NCBI RefSeq assembly: GCF_001652585.1
Contig: NZ_LWLG01000004.1
Span: forward strand, 1 to 32,000
Reading direction: 5' to 3'
Length of the DNA stretch: 32,000 nucleotides
From: Thermosulfurimonas dismutans
Lineage (GTDB): Bacteria; Desulfobacterota; Thermodesulfobacteria; Thermodesulfobacteriales; Thermodesulfobacteriaceae
Under the pieces are notes generated by a model. That model was not told where the DNA came from, ran no database searches, and saw nothing but the letters and a program-made list of their open reading frames with translations. The translations under genes and the position numbers were made by a program. Of the stretch, positions 14,077 through 22,573 are shown piece after piece (position 1 is the stretch's first letter; every line of letters begins with the position of its first letter).

Positions 14077-14105
14077 ACTTTAAAACAAATACTTTCTATT
14101 TTCAA
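14077..14105 (-). promoter_or_regulatory. Sigma70-type promoter for the YcaO gene (TTGAAA-N17-TAAAGT)
   Basis: Minus strand TTGAAAatagaaagtatttgtttTAAAGT lies in the 67-bp AT-rich gap between the miaA stop and the YcaO start, about 35 nt upstream of the GTG. Confidence 0.4.
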
Positions 14106-14107
14106 GG

Positions 14108-15046
14108 CTATACGAGAAATTCCTGAACCTTATGAGCGATTTGCTCCTTCTCGTTCGGTTGGAACCATACGATTTCCGGATCCGCCCGGAACCAGGTAAG
14201 CTGCCGTTTGGCGTAGTGGCGAGTATCTCGTTTCATGAGGCGCACAGCCTCTTCAAAAGAGAGTTTGCCCTGAAGATAAGCGATCATATGACGATAGCCT
14301 ATGGACTGAAGGGGTTTGAGAGTTGGCGAATAACCCCGGGCCAGAAGCTCTTTGACCTCTTCGAGGAGACCTTCGGAAAGCATACGATCCACCCGGGCTT
14401 CTAGGCGACGGTAGAGTTCTTCCCGTGGAAGAGTGAGACCGACCTTCAAGACCAGATAGCGCCGGCTGGCAAAGGCGTGTTCTCTGGCCAGAGCCGAAAA
14501 AGGACGCCCGGTGGCATAATAGACCTCAAGAGCTCTAAGGATCCTTACCCCATCGTGAGGATGGATCTTGGCCGCGGCTTCGGGATCTACCTTTTTCAAT
14601 TCCTCGTACAGAAGGGATAGCCCCTCCTGCTCAAGCCTTTCTTTGAGCCTGGCTCGCAACTCCTCGGGAACCTCCACCGGAAAAAGACCGTGCAATAGGG
14701 CCTTCAAGTAAAGCCCTGTGCCACCCACCAGAATGGGCAGATGTCCCCTGGCGGTAATCTCGTCGATGACCTGATCGGCTAACTCTACGAAGCGGGCAGC
14801 GTTAAAAGGTTCGTCCGGCTCAAGAAAATCTATCAGGTGGTGAGGTACTCGAGACCTTTCAAAGGCAGATGGTTTGGCGGTCCCGATATCGAGATACTTG
14901 TAAACCTGAACGGAATCGAAGTTTACGATCTCGCCAGAAAATCGCTCGGCCAGAAAGAGGCCCGTCTCGGTCTTGCCAACTCCGGTGGGCCCCACCACAG
15001 CCACGAGCTTTTTAAGGCTTTCTCCCGAAGCGTTTTTCAAGCTCAT
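14108..15046 (-). CDS. miaA: tRNA dimethylallyltransferase
   Basis: P-loop VVGPTGVGKTETGLFLAE, then NFDSVQVYKYLDIGTAKPS and GGTGLYLKALL. I place the start at ATG 15044-15046 (MSLKNASGESLKKLVAVVGPTG), which gives the usual 17-18 residues before the P-loop. The tracked ORF extends to 15103. Either start overlaps the mutL 3' end. Confidence 0.85.
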   Translation of the reverse strand: MSLKNASGESLKKLVAVVGPTGVGKTETGLFLAERFSGEIVNFDSVQVYKYLDIGTAKPSAFERSRVPHHLIDFLEPDEPFNAARFVELADQVIDEITARGHLPILVGGTGLYLKALLHGLFPVEVPEELRARLKERLEQEGLSLLYEELKKVDPEAAAKIHPHDGVRILRALEVYYATGRPFSALAREHAFASRRYLVLKVGLTLPREELYRRLEARVDRMLSEGLLEEVKELLARGYSPTLKPLQSIGYRHMIAYLQGKLSFEEAVRLMKRDTRHYAKRQLTWFRADPEIVWFQPNEKEQIAHKVQEFLV

Positions 15047-16712
15047 ACCAAGAAAATATAAGATAAAGCGGTCTTCCGTGGGGACAACGAACAAACCCCT
15101 CACTCAAGATCCGGGCCAGAAGCTCTTGGGCCTCCTCAGGGGAAAAGCGCTCTCCGGCCTTACGGGCCCGACGACAGGCAAGGCGCGAAAGGATCTCTTC
15201 CCGCCATTTCTCCGGGGCCCGAAATTCTTCTTCGAGGATCCCACGCAGCTCCTCCACAGCTTCAGGACCGAACCCCGCCGGGACCTCTTCCACCAGAACC
15301 TCCCGAGGCCCGCTCTCTCTCAGGCCGAAACCCAACCTCTCAAAAAGCTCCCTCTCCCGTAAGAGCTTTTCTCGGGCCTCCTCCGAAAGTTCGAAAACCA
15401 CCGGAAAGAGAAGGCTTTCGCGCCCACAGGCCCCTTTATCAAGATTTCTTTTTAGTTCTTCATATATCAATCTCTCGTGAGCGGCATGGAAATCAAGGAG
15501 AAGAAGGCCATCACCGGTTTCAAATAGAAGATATGTATTCCTGAGAAAGCCCAAAAATCGTGGCCTATCCTCGGCAGCCTCCTTTACGGGATAAACCTCC
15601 TGTGCTTCACGAATAGCGGGCTTTGAGAAGAGACTTTCGATGGACTGAGATGAAGGTCTCTCCGCAGGAAGAACATCTTTCGATGGAAGAGGGAGATCTT
15701 CTTCGGAAGAGGTAGTTACAGGAACCACTAACCTATTGGCCAAAGCCCTCTCAGCCGCCCATCTGACCAAACCATAGACCTCCTGTTCTTCCCGAAAACG
15801 GACCTCCCATTTGGCGGGATGGACATTCACGTCCACGAGATGTGGGGGCAGATAGAGGGCCAGCACCCCTGCCGGATAGCGGCCCCCAGGGAAATAGTCT
15901 CTCAAGCCTTCAAGAAGGGCGGAGACCAGGCGTCGGTCCTTCACCACCCGATCGTTTACCAGTACGAAAAGATAGCGCGAAGTAGCGAGACCGGATGAAG
16001 GTTCCGTCAGGATTAACTCTAAACGATAGGCTTTTCTTTCACAGGTCTTTTCTAAAAGAACCTCCTCAGAAATTTTGAGCATCTTCGAAAGGAGCGCCCT
16101 TCTCGAACCGCCGGCAAAAGAAAAGATTTCCCTGCCCTCATGGAAAAAGGTGTAGCTAACTTCCGGCCTTCCGAGGGCGAGCATTTTTAGGACCTCGAGG
16201 GCCCTTCCGGCCTCGGCCCGCGGGCCTTTTAGAAAGGACTTTCTAGCCGGAAACTCTGAAAACAGATCTTTAACCTCCACCACCGTACCGTAACCCGAAG
16301 GGGAGGCCCGAAAGGCTTCCTCCTTACCGAAAGCCACTTCCAGCTGAAAGCCGTGTTCAGTCCCTCGGGGACGGCTTACAATAGTAAGTCTTGAAACCTG
16401 GGCAATACTGAAAAGGGCCTCTCCGCGGAAACCGTAAGTGGTGATCCTGAAAAGGTCTTCGGCAGAAGAAATCTTGCTCGTAGCGTGTGACCGCCAACAG
16501 AGCCGAAGGTCTTCGGGGGGCATGCCCTCACCGTCGTCCTTCACCCGAACAAGCAAGGTCCCACCCCGTTCGAGTTCTACCCGGATCTTGCGAGCCCCGG
16601 CGTCCAGGGCGTTTTCTACCAGTTCCTTCACCACGGAGGCCGGCCGCTCAATGACTTCGCCGGCTGCGATTCGGCGACTTACCTCTTCAGGAAGGATCCT
16701 TATACCAGACAC
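15012..16712 (-). CDS. mutL: DNA mismatch repair endonuclease MutL
   Basis: N-terminal GHKL ATPase: IRILPEEVSRRIAAGEVIERPASVVKELVENALDAGA. C-terminal DFHAAHERLIYE and CPHGRP motifs. Confidence 0.92.
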   Translation of the reverse strand: MSGIRILPEEVSRRIAAGEVIERPASVVKELVENALDAGARKIRVELERGGTLLVRVKDDGEGMPPEDLRLCWRSHATSKISSAEDLFRITTYGFRGEALFSIAQVSRLTIVSRPRGTEHGFQLEVAFGKEEAFRASPSGYGTVVEVKDLFSEFPARKSFLKGPRAEAGRALEVLKMLALGRPEVSYTFFHEGREIFSFAGGSRRALLSKMLKISEEVLLEKTCERKAYRLELILTEPSSGLATSRYLFVLVNDRVVKDRRLVSALLEGLRDYFPGGRYPAGVLALYLPPHLVDVNVHPAKWEVRFREEQEVYGLVRWAAERALANRLVVPVTTSSEEDLPLPSKDVLPAERPSSQSIESLFSKPAIREAQEVYPVKEAAEDRPRFLGFLRNTYLLFETGDGLLLLDFHAAHERLIYEELKRNLDKGACGRESLLFPVVFELSEEAREKLLRERELFERLGFGLRESGPREVLVEEVPAGFGPEAVEELRGILEEEFRAPEKWREEILSRLACRRARKAGERFSPEEAQELLARILSEGFVRCPHGRPLYLIFSWYELEKRFGRKP

Positions 16713-16718
16713 GACGAA

Positions 16719-17747
16719 TCAGGCGGCCTTGGCCTCGGCCTTGGGCTGAGCAAAGATGATTCGTCCGGCAGGAGTCTGTAGGACACTTGAGACCACTACG
16801 GAAACTTCTTTTCCGATAAGGCCGCGCCCCCCCTCTACCACCACCATAGTCCCGTCCTCTAGATATCCCACTCCCTGATCCCTTTCTTTCCCTTCCTTGA
16901 GGACTTGGATACGAAGTTCTTCACCCGGGGTCACCGCTGGCTTTAAAGCCATAGCCAGTTCATTGACATTAAGGACATCCACCCCTTTGAGTCGAGCCAC
17001 TTTGTTTAGGTTGAAGTCCGTAGTAATAAGCTTGGCTCGAAGATCCCGGCAGAGTTTCACCAGCTTGGCATCAATCTCCCGAATCTTTGGATAGTCTTGA
17101 TCGATGAAACGGACCTCTATCCGGCCGGACTCCCGTATGCGATTGAGGACATCCAGGCCCCTTCGCCCCCTTCCGCGCCGAATGGGATCGCGACTGTCGG
17201 CAATATGCTGCAGTTCGGAAAGGACAAAATTCGGGATCAAAAGGGGACCATCCAGCCAGCCGGTCTCACAAATATCTGCAAGGCGTCCGTCAATAATAGC
17301 ACTAGTGTCCACCACCTTTGGGCATTCCTTCCGCGGAAGCCGCTTGGAGACGTACGAGAAGGGATACGAAAGCCCTTCAAGTATCCGAAGTTCTCGAACA
17401 CGCCGTCCGCCGACTACAAGCCCCAAATATCCTAGAGCCAGGGCCAGCATGACGTAAATAAAGGTCGAAATCACCCCCTGGTCCAGGATCTGGAAAAAGG
17501 AGGAAAAGAGCTTGGCCAACCCCAGCCCTAGAAGGAGACCAATAGCCCCTCCCAAAAGTTGTGAAAGGGGAAGTCTCCGTATAAGACGCTCGACCCATAA
17601 AACCAAGAAACCTACCGCCGCCCCAGCTAAAAACCCTATCCAAGGAGAATAAGCTTCTTTCCCCCTAGGGGTGAAATACCAAAAAACTACAAAACCACTA
17701 ACCGCCGCCAGAAAAACTAGAATAAACGGAACCAAATATCGTCGCAA
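16719..17747 (-). CDS. Membrane-anchored PIN/TRAM domain protein (YacL-like)
   Basis: 342-aa ORF with a TTG start after GGGGGGT. Four N-terminal hydrophobic helices. PIN segment VVDTSAIIDGRLADICETGWLDGPLLIPNFVLSELQHIADS. C-terminal TRAM-like GEELRIQVLKEGKERDQGVGYLEDGTMVVVEGG. Confidence 0.8.
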   Translation of the reverse strand: MRRYLVPFILVFLAAVSGFVVFWYFTPRGKEAYSPWIGFLAGAAVGFLVLWVERLIRRLPLSQLLGGAIGLLLGLGLAKLFSSFFQILDQGVISTFIYVMLALALGYLGLVVGGRRVRELRILEGLSYPFSYVSKRLPRKECPKVVDTSAIIDGRLADICETGWLDGPLLIPNFVLSELQHIADSRDPIRRGRGRRGLDVLNRIRESGRIEVRFIDQDYPKIREIDAKLVKLCRDLRAKLITTDFNLNKVARLKGVDVLNVNELAMALKPAVTPGEELRIQVLKEGKERDQGVGYLEDGTMVVVEGGRGLIGKEVSVVVSSVLQTPAGRIIFAQPKAEAKAA

Positions 17748-17762
17748 AATACCCCCCGTCTT

Positions 17763-18242
17763 TTAAGATAAAGCCTCTTGTATTTTCCTTTCTACTTCCT
17801 CTTCCTTCAGCCCTTCAGCCAGCGAAAGTTCCTTCACCAATAAGTTGTGAGCCGTATCAAAAAGTTTCCTTTCACCAAAGGAAAGGGGTTTTTGGAGGCT
17901 TACCAGATGAAGATCCCTTAAGACTTCGGCTACCTCATAAATAGAACCACTTTTGAGCTTTTCCATATACTCCCGATACCGGCGATTCCAGGTCTGATGG
18001 TTGAGAGAGGGTCTTTTTTCTTTAAGTATGCTATAGACCTTTTGAGCTTCGTCTTTGGAAATTACGCTTCGAAGGCCAATCTTGTGGGCATTGTCCTTGG
18101 GCACCAAAACCGTCATGTTGTTCTCTAAAATTCGCATGACATAGAAGGTCTTTTCCTGGCCTCCGATAACCTTACTTTCCACGGCTTCAATGACACCTAC
18201 GCCGTGGGCGGGATAAACCGCTACATCACCTATATTGAACAT
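17763..18242 (-). CDS. carD: CarD/CdnL-family RNA-polymerase-binding transcription regulator
   Basis: MFNIGDVAVYPAHGVGVIEAVESKVIGGQEKTFYVMRI... is the typical CarD N-terminal Tudor-like domain. 159 aa. Confidence 0.9.
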   Translation of the reverse strand: MFNIGDVAVYPAHGVGVIEAVESKVIGGQEKTFYVMRILENNMTVLVPKDNAHKIGLRSVISKDEAQKVYSILKEKRPSLNHQTWNRRYREYMEKLKSGSIYEVAEVLRDLHLVSLQKPLSFGERKLFDTAHNLLVKELSLAEGLKEEEVERKIQEALS

Positions 18243-18288
18243 CTTGCCCTACCCCCTTCCCTATTTCGGGCCGCATTAATTAAGATAT

Positions 18289-18317
18289 ATTATACCTCTA
18301 AAAAGTTTTTCTTTCAA
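18289..18317 (-). promoter_or_regulatory. Near-consensus sigma70 promoter for the carD operon (TTGAAA-N17-TATAAT)
   Basis: The minus strand reads TTGAAAgaaaaactttttagaggTATAAT, about 45 nt upstream of the carD ATG, which is preceded by GGGGGT. Confidence 0.55.
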
Positions 18318-18347
18318 AAAAATCAGCTCCATGCTATCATAGCGATC

Positions 18348-19136
18348 ATGGGCTTTGCCCTACTTGAAATTATCAAAATCCTACCCAAAACGAACTGTGG
18401 AAAGTGTGGAGAAGTCAGCTGCCTGGCCTTCGCAATGGCTCTAACTACAGGCAAACGCTTGCCCGAAGAATGCCCCCATCTCGATCTCGCTAAGCTACCC
18501 ACAGAAGTCGCTCCCAAGCCGGCTTCCGAATTGGATCAGGCCTACCGCATTCTCGAAGAGATCAAAAAGAAAGTCCAAAATGTAAATTTTGAAAAGGCGG
18601 CTCCGGGATTAGGTCTGAGCTATAAATACGGCCGACTACACATTCCTTATCTCGATGGGGAGGTTGAACTTACGAAAAAGAACGCCCGGCGGTTAGACGG
18701 CCTGGAACTGGACCCCAGGGACCAGATTCTTCTCTATAATTACGTAATCTTTCAGGGGTACAAACCCCTCACCGGAGAATTCGTAGGCCTTGAGACTTTT
18801 CCGAATTCTATCTCCAAAGTGGCTACCTTGAGGCGCTACGCGGAAGAAAAACTTGCCCGGGCTCTAAACGAAGATTTTGAAGACCTACGTCCGCTCATAT
18901 CCCATTTTCGGTCCCGGGAGCTCTCAGGAGAGGCTGATCTCGCCGTCGAAATACTGGTTCTTCCTCGGGTGCCCCTTCGAGTCTATTTTTGGCGAGGAGA
19001 TCCAGAAGAGGGGCTTTCTCCAGAGGCCAAGATCCTTTACGATTTAAGAGCCACCGAATATCTCGACTTAGAATCCCTGGTCTTTTGTGCCGAAAGGCTA
19101 GTCGAGAGGTGGCTTGTGCTCGAAAATAAGAACTGA
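18348..19136 (+). CDS. Fe-S cluster-binding domain protein (RnfB/CdhE-type 4-Cys N-terminus) with a DUF3786-like body
   Basis: I place the start at ATG 18348-18350 (MGFALLEIIKILPKTNCGKCGEVSCLAFAMALTTGKRLPEECPHL). The tracked ORF start at 18204 would overlap carD and its promoter. The stop overlaps the reverse gyrase start as TGATG. The DUF3786 assignment is from memory of the architecture, not verified. Confidence 0.6.
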   Translation: MGFALLEIIKILPKTNCGKCGEVSCLAFAMALTTGKRLPEECPHLDLAKLPTEVAPKPASELDQAYRILEEIKKKVQNVNFEKAAPGLGLSYKYGRLHIPYLDGEVELTKKNARRLDGLELDPRDQILLYNYVIFQGYKPLTGEFVGLETFPNSISKVATLRRYAEEKLARALNEDFEDLRPLISHFRSRELSGEADLAVEILVLPRVPLRVYFWRGDPEEGLSPEAKILYDLRATEYLDLESLVFCAERLVERWLVLENKN

Positions 19137-22100
19137 TGCTTTTCAAGATCGCCCACGGGTGCCCGAATTGTGGCCATGAGATAAGCGACACCCGCCTCGC
19201 TCAGGGACTTCCCTGTGAAACCTGTCTTCCCGAACTCAAAAACCATCCCTGTCAGGCCCTAGAGGAAAATCGCAAACTTTTAGGGTTTGAACCTTTCTGT
19301 CGGGTAGAGAAAGAGCTCGTCCGGTTTCAGGAGGCCTTTGAAAAGGCCTTGGGACTAAAACCCTCTTCCCTCCAACTCTCCTGGGCTAAAAGACTATTTC
19401 TAGGAGAATCTTTTGCTATCGTCGCGCCTACCGGCACGGGCAAGACCACTTTCGGACTGTTGAGTCTTCTTCTCCTCCCTGGAAAGAACCTGATCCTGGT
19501 CCCCACCCGGCTACTTTGCGAACAGCTGGCTGCTAGGCTTCTTGAGATGGCCGAAAAGATCGGGCTTCAGAGATCGATCCTTGCTTACCGCGGCCGGAAA
19601 AAGGAAAAAGAAGCCTTCCTTTCCGGAGACTATGAAATCCTGGTGGCCACCTCGGCCTTCATGTACAAACAGGCCGAAGAATTCCAAAAGGCCAGTTTTT
19701 CCCTGGTCTTTGTGGATGACGTAGACGCCTTCCTCAAGAACTCCCGTCACGTAGAGACCCTTTTCAAGATCCTTGGCTTTACAGAGGAAGAACTCTCCCT
19801 AGCCCTTAAAAAGGGCAAAACGCCCGAGGATTACGAGAGGCTGAAGATTATAAGATCTCGAGCCGGGAGAGGACAGCTCCTCCTTTCCTCTGCCACCCTA
19901 AAACCACGCGGAGCTCGCCTAGCGCTCTTTCAGAACCTTCTGGGTTTCGACATCCAGCGGGCGGTCTCGAGCCTTAGAAACATCACCGACACTTATGAAG
20001 TGCTTACCCGAGAGAGACTCCTTCAGAGAGCGACCGAACTCATCAAAGTCCTCGGTTCTGGAGGACTGGTCTTTCTCTCCGAAGAATTTGGGAAGGACCG
20101 GGTGGAGGATGTCACCCAGTTTTTACGATCGCAAGGCATCAAGGCCATCTCCTACCTCGAGGAGAAACCTGAAAAGCTCATGGCCCGGCTCAGGGCCGGA
20201 GAATTCGAGGTCGCGGTGGGACTTTCGCATCTCTCCAACCCCTTGGTTCGCGGAATAGATCTGCCGGAAATCCTGAGATACGCTGTATTTGTAGGGGTCC
20301 CCAAGCACGTTTTCCCCTTGAAGCTCGAGGATACCCCGGCTAGGTTACAGAATCTCCTTTCGGCCCTGCTCCCGCTTTTCGAAAACGACGATCAACTAAC
20401 CGCCCTTTCCTACCTCAGGTACCTAAAATCTTATTTCACCCTCCGAGCCGAAGATCTCCACCGTTATCCTCGCCTAGCAAAACGGATAAGGGAGATCCGT
20501 AATTTTTTAGAAAAGCACCTGAACGATCCTGCCTTTCAAGAAAGACTCAAACAATCGGAGGAAGTCTTTCTTGAAGAGACAGACGATGGGCTTCGGGTGG
20601 TGGTAGGGGACGCCGCCACCTATCTTCAGGCCTCGGGACGGGTCTCCAGGCTTTCGGCCGGAAGGGTGCTACCAGGGCTCTCTTTGGTCCTTGCCGAGGA
20701 TTCAAAGGCGTTCGTAAGTCTTGTCCATCGCCTGACCTTTTTTCTAGGAGAACCTCCAGCCTTCATCCCCCTTTCGAAGTTGGACCTTGCAGAAGAGTCC
20801 CGCAAACTCACCGAGGCCCGCAAAGACACGCGAAAAGGTCAAACTTTGGAGGTTAAGAGCACTCTCCTGGTGGTGGAATCTCCCCACAAGGCTCGTACCA
20901 TAGCTTCTTTCTGGGGGCGACCCTCCCAGCGCAGATTGGGAAGCCTTACGGTCTATGAAATCCCTACGGAAAATGGCCTTCTCATGGTCACTGCCTCCTT
21001 GGGACACGTTTTCAATCTCTCCCGTCGGCGAGGAATCTTCGGAGTTCAAAAGGCAGACGGAGCCTTTGTGCCGATCTTTGACACCATCAAACGGTGTCGG
21101 GAAACCGGCGAGGAATTGATAGATCCGGAGGAGGTGCGGGAAAGGTGTCCGGGAGAAGTGTTAGACAAGGGCGAGATCCTTTCGGCCTTATCAAGATTGG
21201 CTTTTACGGTAGACGAGGTCTTCATCGGCTCCGATCCCGATGCTGAAGGGGAAAAAATCGCTTACGATCTTTTCATTACTCTCAGACCCTTTCAAAGAAA
21301 TATCAAAAGACTGGAATTCCACGAAGTCACTCCTCGGGCCCTGAAGGAAGCCCTTTCGACCCCTCGAGATTTCAACCTTCCCCGGGTAAAGGCCCAACTT
21401 GCCCGCCGGGTAGCAGACCGCTGGGTGGGTTTTACCCTTTCCCGGTATCTCTGGCGGGTTTTCTCGCGGCGAGGGCTTTCAGCCGGCCGAGTACAGACTC
21501 CGGTCCTGGGTTGGGTGATAGAAAGGGCCCGCGAGGCCTCCCGCCGAAAGTATCGCCTGAGCTTTTACCTTTCTGGAAGACGTTTCGACCGGGAGTTCGA
21601 GGACGCCAAAGAGGCCCGGAGGGCCTTCGAAAAGCTTTCTACGCTAAAATGGCACCTTTTGGAGTTTAGGGAAGAAACTCTTCAGGCTCCACCGCCTTTC
21701 ACCACTGATAGTGTCCTTGAAGAGGCCCATGCACGCCTGGGGCTTTCGAGCCGTAAGACCATGGAGCTTTTGCAACAACTTTTCGAGAGTGGACTCATCA
21801 CCTACCACCGTACAGATTCTACCCGGGTTTCGGAAGCCGGTCGTTTCCAGGTAGCCAGACCTTATATCGAAAAGACCCTCGGGGCCGAATATTTCCGGCC
21901 TCGAGGCTGGGCCGATAGCGGAGCCCATGAAGCCATAAGACCCACTAGACCTTGGGATACGGGGGAATTGCGTTCCCGAGTGGCTCATGGGTTACTTCAT
22001 CTTGAGGAAGAACGGACGGCGATCCGGCTCTACGACCTCATCTTCCGTCGTTTCATGGCTAGTCAGTGCCGTAATACGGTGGTAAAGAAAGCCCGTTTGC

Positions 22101-22573
22101 TCTTTAAGGCGGAAGATTTCAAGTGGGAGGAAGAAGTCCCGGTGGAGATCTTGGTTCAGGGCTTTGAGAAATTCTGGGACCGCATAGAACTCTTTAGTCC
22201 CGAAGGCTCAGCTCAACCGGAAAAGGTTACACTTTCGGCCATTTCGGCGGTTCCGCTATTTACCGAAGGCACCCTGGTTCAGGAAATGAAACGCCGGGGG
22301 CTGGGAAGGCCATCAACCTATGCCGAAATCGTCTCCACCCTCCTTCATCGTCATTACGTGAAGCCTATAAAAGCCGGTCGCCTGGTCCCTACCCATCTAG
22401 GAAAAGAAGTATATGAAACTTTAAGGCAAGCCTTTCCACATTACGTTTCGGAAGAGTTTACTCGGGAACTCGAAACCCTGATGGATAGAATCGAGGAGGG
22501 CCAAAGTGATTGGCAAGAAGTCTGTATCACACTCAAAGAATTGGTCAAAAATGAAGACCCATCTTCCATTTAA
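19136..22573 (+). CDS. rgy: Reverse gyrase (SF2 helicase-like domain fused to type IA topoisomerase)
   Basis: 1145 aa. N-terminal zinc ribbon CPNCGHEIS...CETC. Walker A APTGTGKTT. DDVD box VFVDDVDAF. Toprim LLVVESPHKARTIASFWG and GSDPDAEGEKIAYD. Active-site tyrosine context GLITYHRTDSTR. Confidence 0.95.
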   Translation: MLFKIAHGCPNCGHEISDTRLAQGLPCETCLPELKNHPCQALEENRKLLGFEPFCRVEKELVRFQEAFEKALGLKPSSLQLSWAKRLFLGESFAIVAPTGTGKTTFGLLSLLLLPGKNLILVPTRLLCEQLAARLLEMAEKIGLQRSILAYRGRKKEKEAFLSGDYEILVATSAFMYKQAEEFQKASFSLVFVDDVDAFLKNSRHVETLFKILGFTEEELSLALKKGKTPEDYERLKIIRSRAGRGQLLLSSATLKPRGARLALFQNLLGFDIQRAVSSLRNITDTYEVLTRERLLQRATELIKVLGSGGLVFLSEEFGKDRVEDVTQFLRSQGIKAISYLEEKPEKLMARLRAGEFEVAVGLSHLSNPLVRGIDLPEILRYAVFVGVPKHVFPLKLEDTPARLQNLLSALLPLFENDDQLTALSYLRYLKSYFTLRAEDLHRYPRLAKRIREIRNFLEKHLNDPAFQERLKQSEEVFLEETDDGLRVVVGDAATYLQASGRVSRLSAGRVLPGLSLVLAEDSKAFVSLVHRLTFFLGEPPAFIPLSKLDLAEESRKLTEARKDTRKGQTLEVKSTLLVVESPHKARTIASFWGRPSQRRLGSLTVYEIPTENGLLMVTASLGHVFNLSRRRGIFGVQKADGAFVPIFDTIKRCRETGEELIDPEEVRERCPGEVLDKGEILSALSRLAFTVDEVFIGSDPDAEGEKIAYDLFITLRPFQRNIKRLEFHEVTPRALKEALSTPRDFNLPRVKAQLARRVADRWVGFTLSRYLWRVFSRRGLSAGRVQTPVLGWVIERAREASRRKYRLSFYLSGRRFDREFEDAKEARRAFEKLSTLKWHLLEFREETLQAPPPFTTDSVLEEAHARLGLSSRKTMELLQQLFESGLITYHRTDSTRVSEAGRFQVARPYIEKTLGAEYFRPRGWADSGAHEAIRPTRPWDTGELRSRVAHGLLHLEEERTAIRLYDLIFRRFMASQCRNTVVKKARLLFKAEDFKWEEEVPVEILVQGFEKFWDRIELFSPEGSAQPEKVTLSAISAVPLFTEGTLVQEMKRRGLGRPSTYAEIVSTLLHRHYVKPIKAGRLVPTHLGKEVYETLRQAFPHYVSEEFTRELETLMDRIEEGQSDWQEVCITLKELVKNEDPSSI

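Noticed and set aside
18204-18347. 48-codon N-terminal extension of the Fe-S/DUF3786-like ORF
   Set aside because: It would overlap the carD 5' end and run across the near-consensus carD promoter. The conserved Fe-S motif begins right after the internal Met at 18348.
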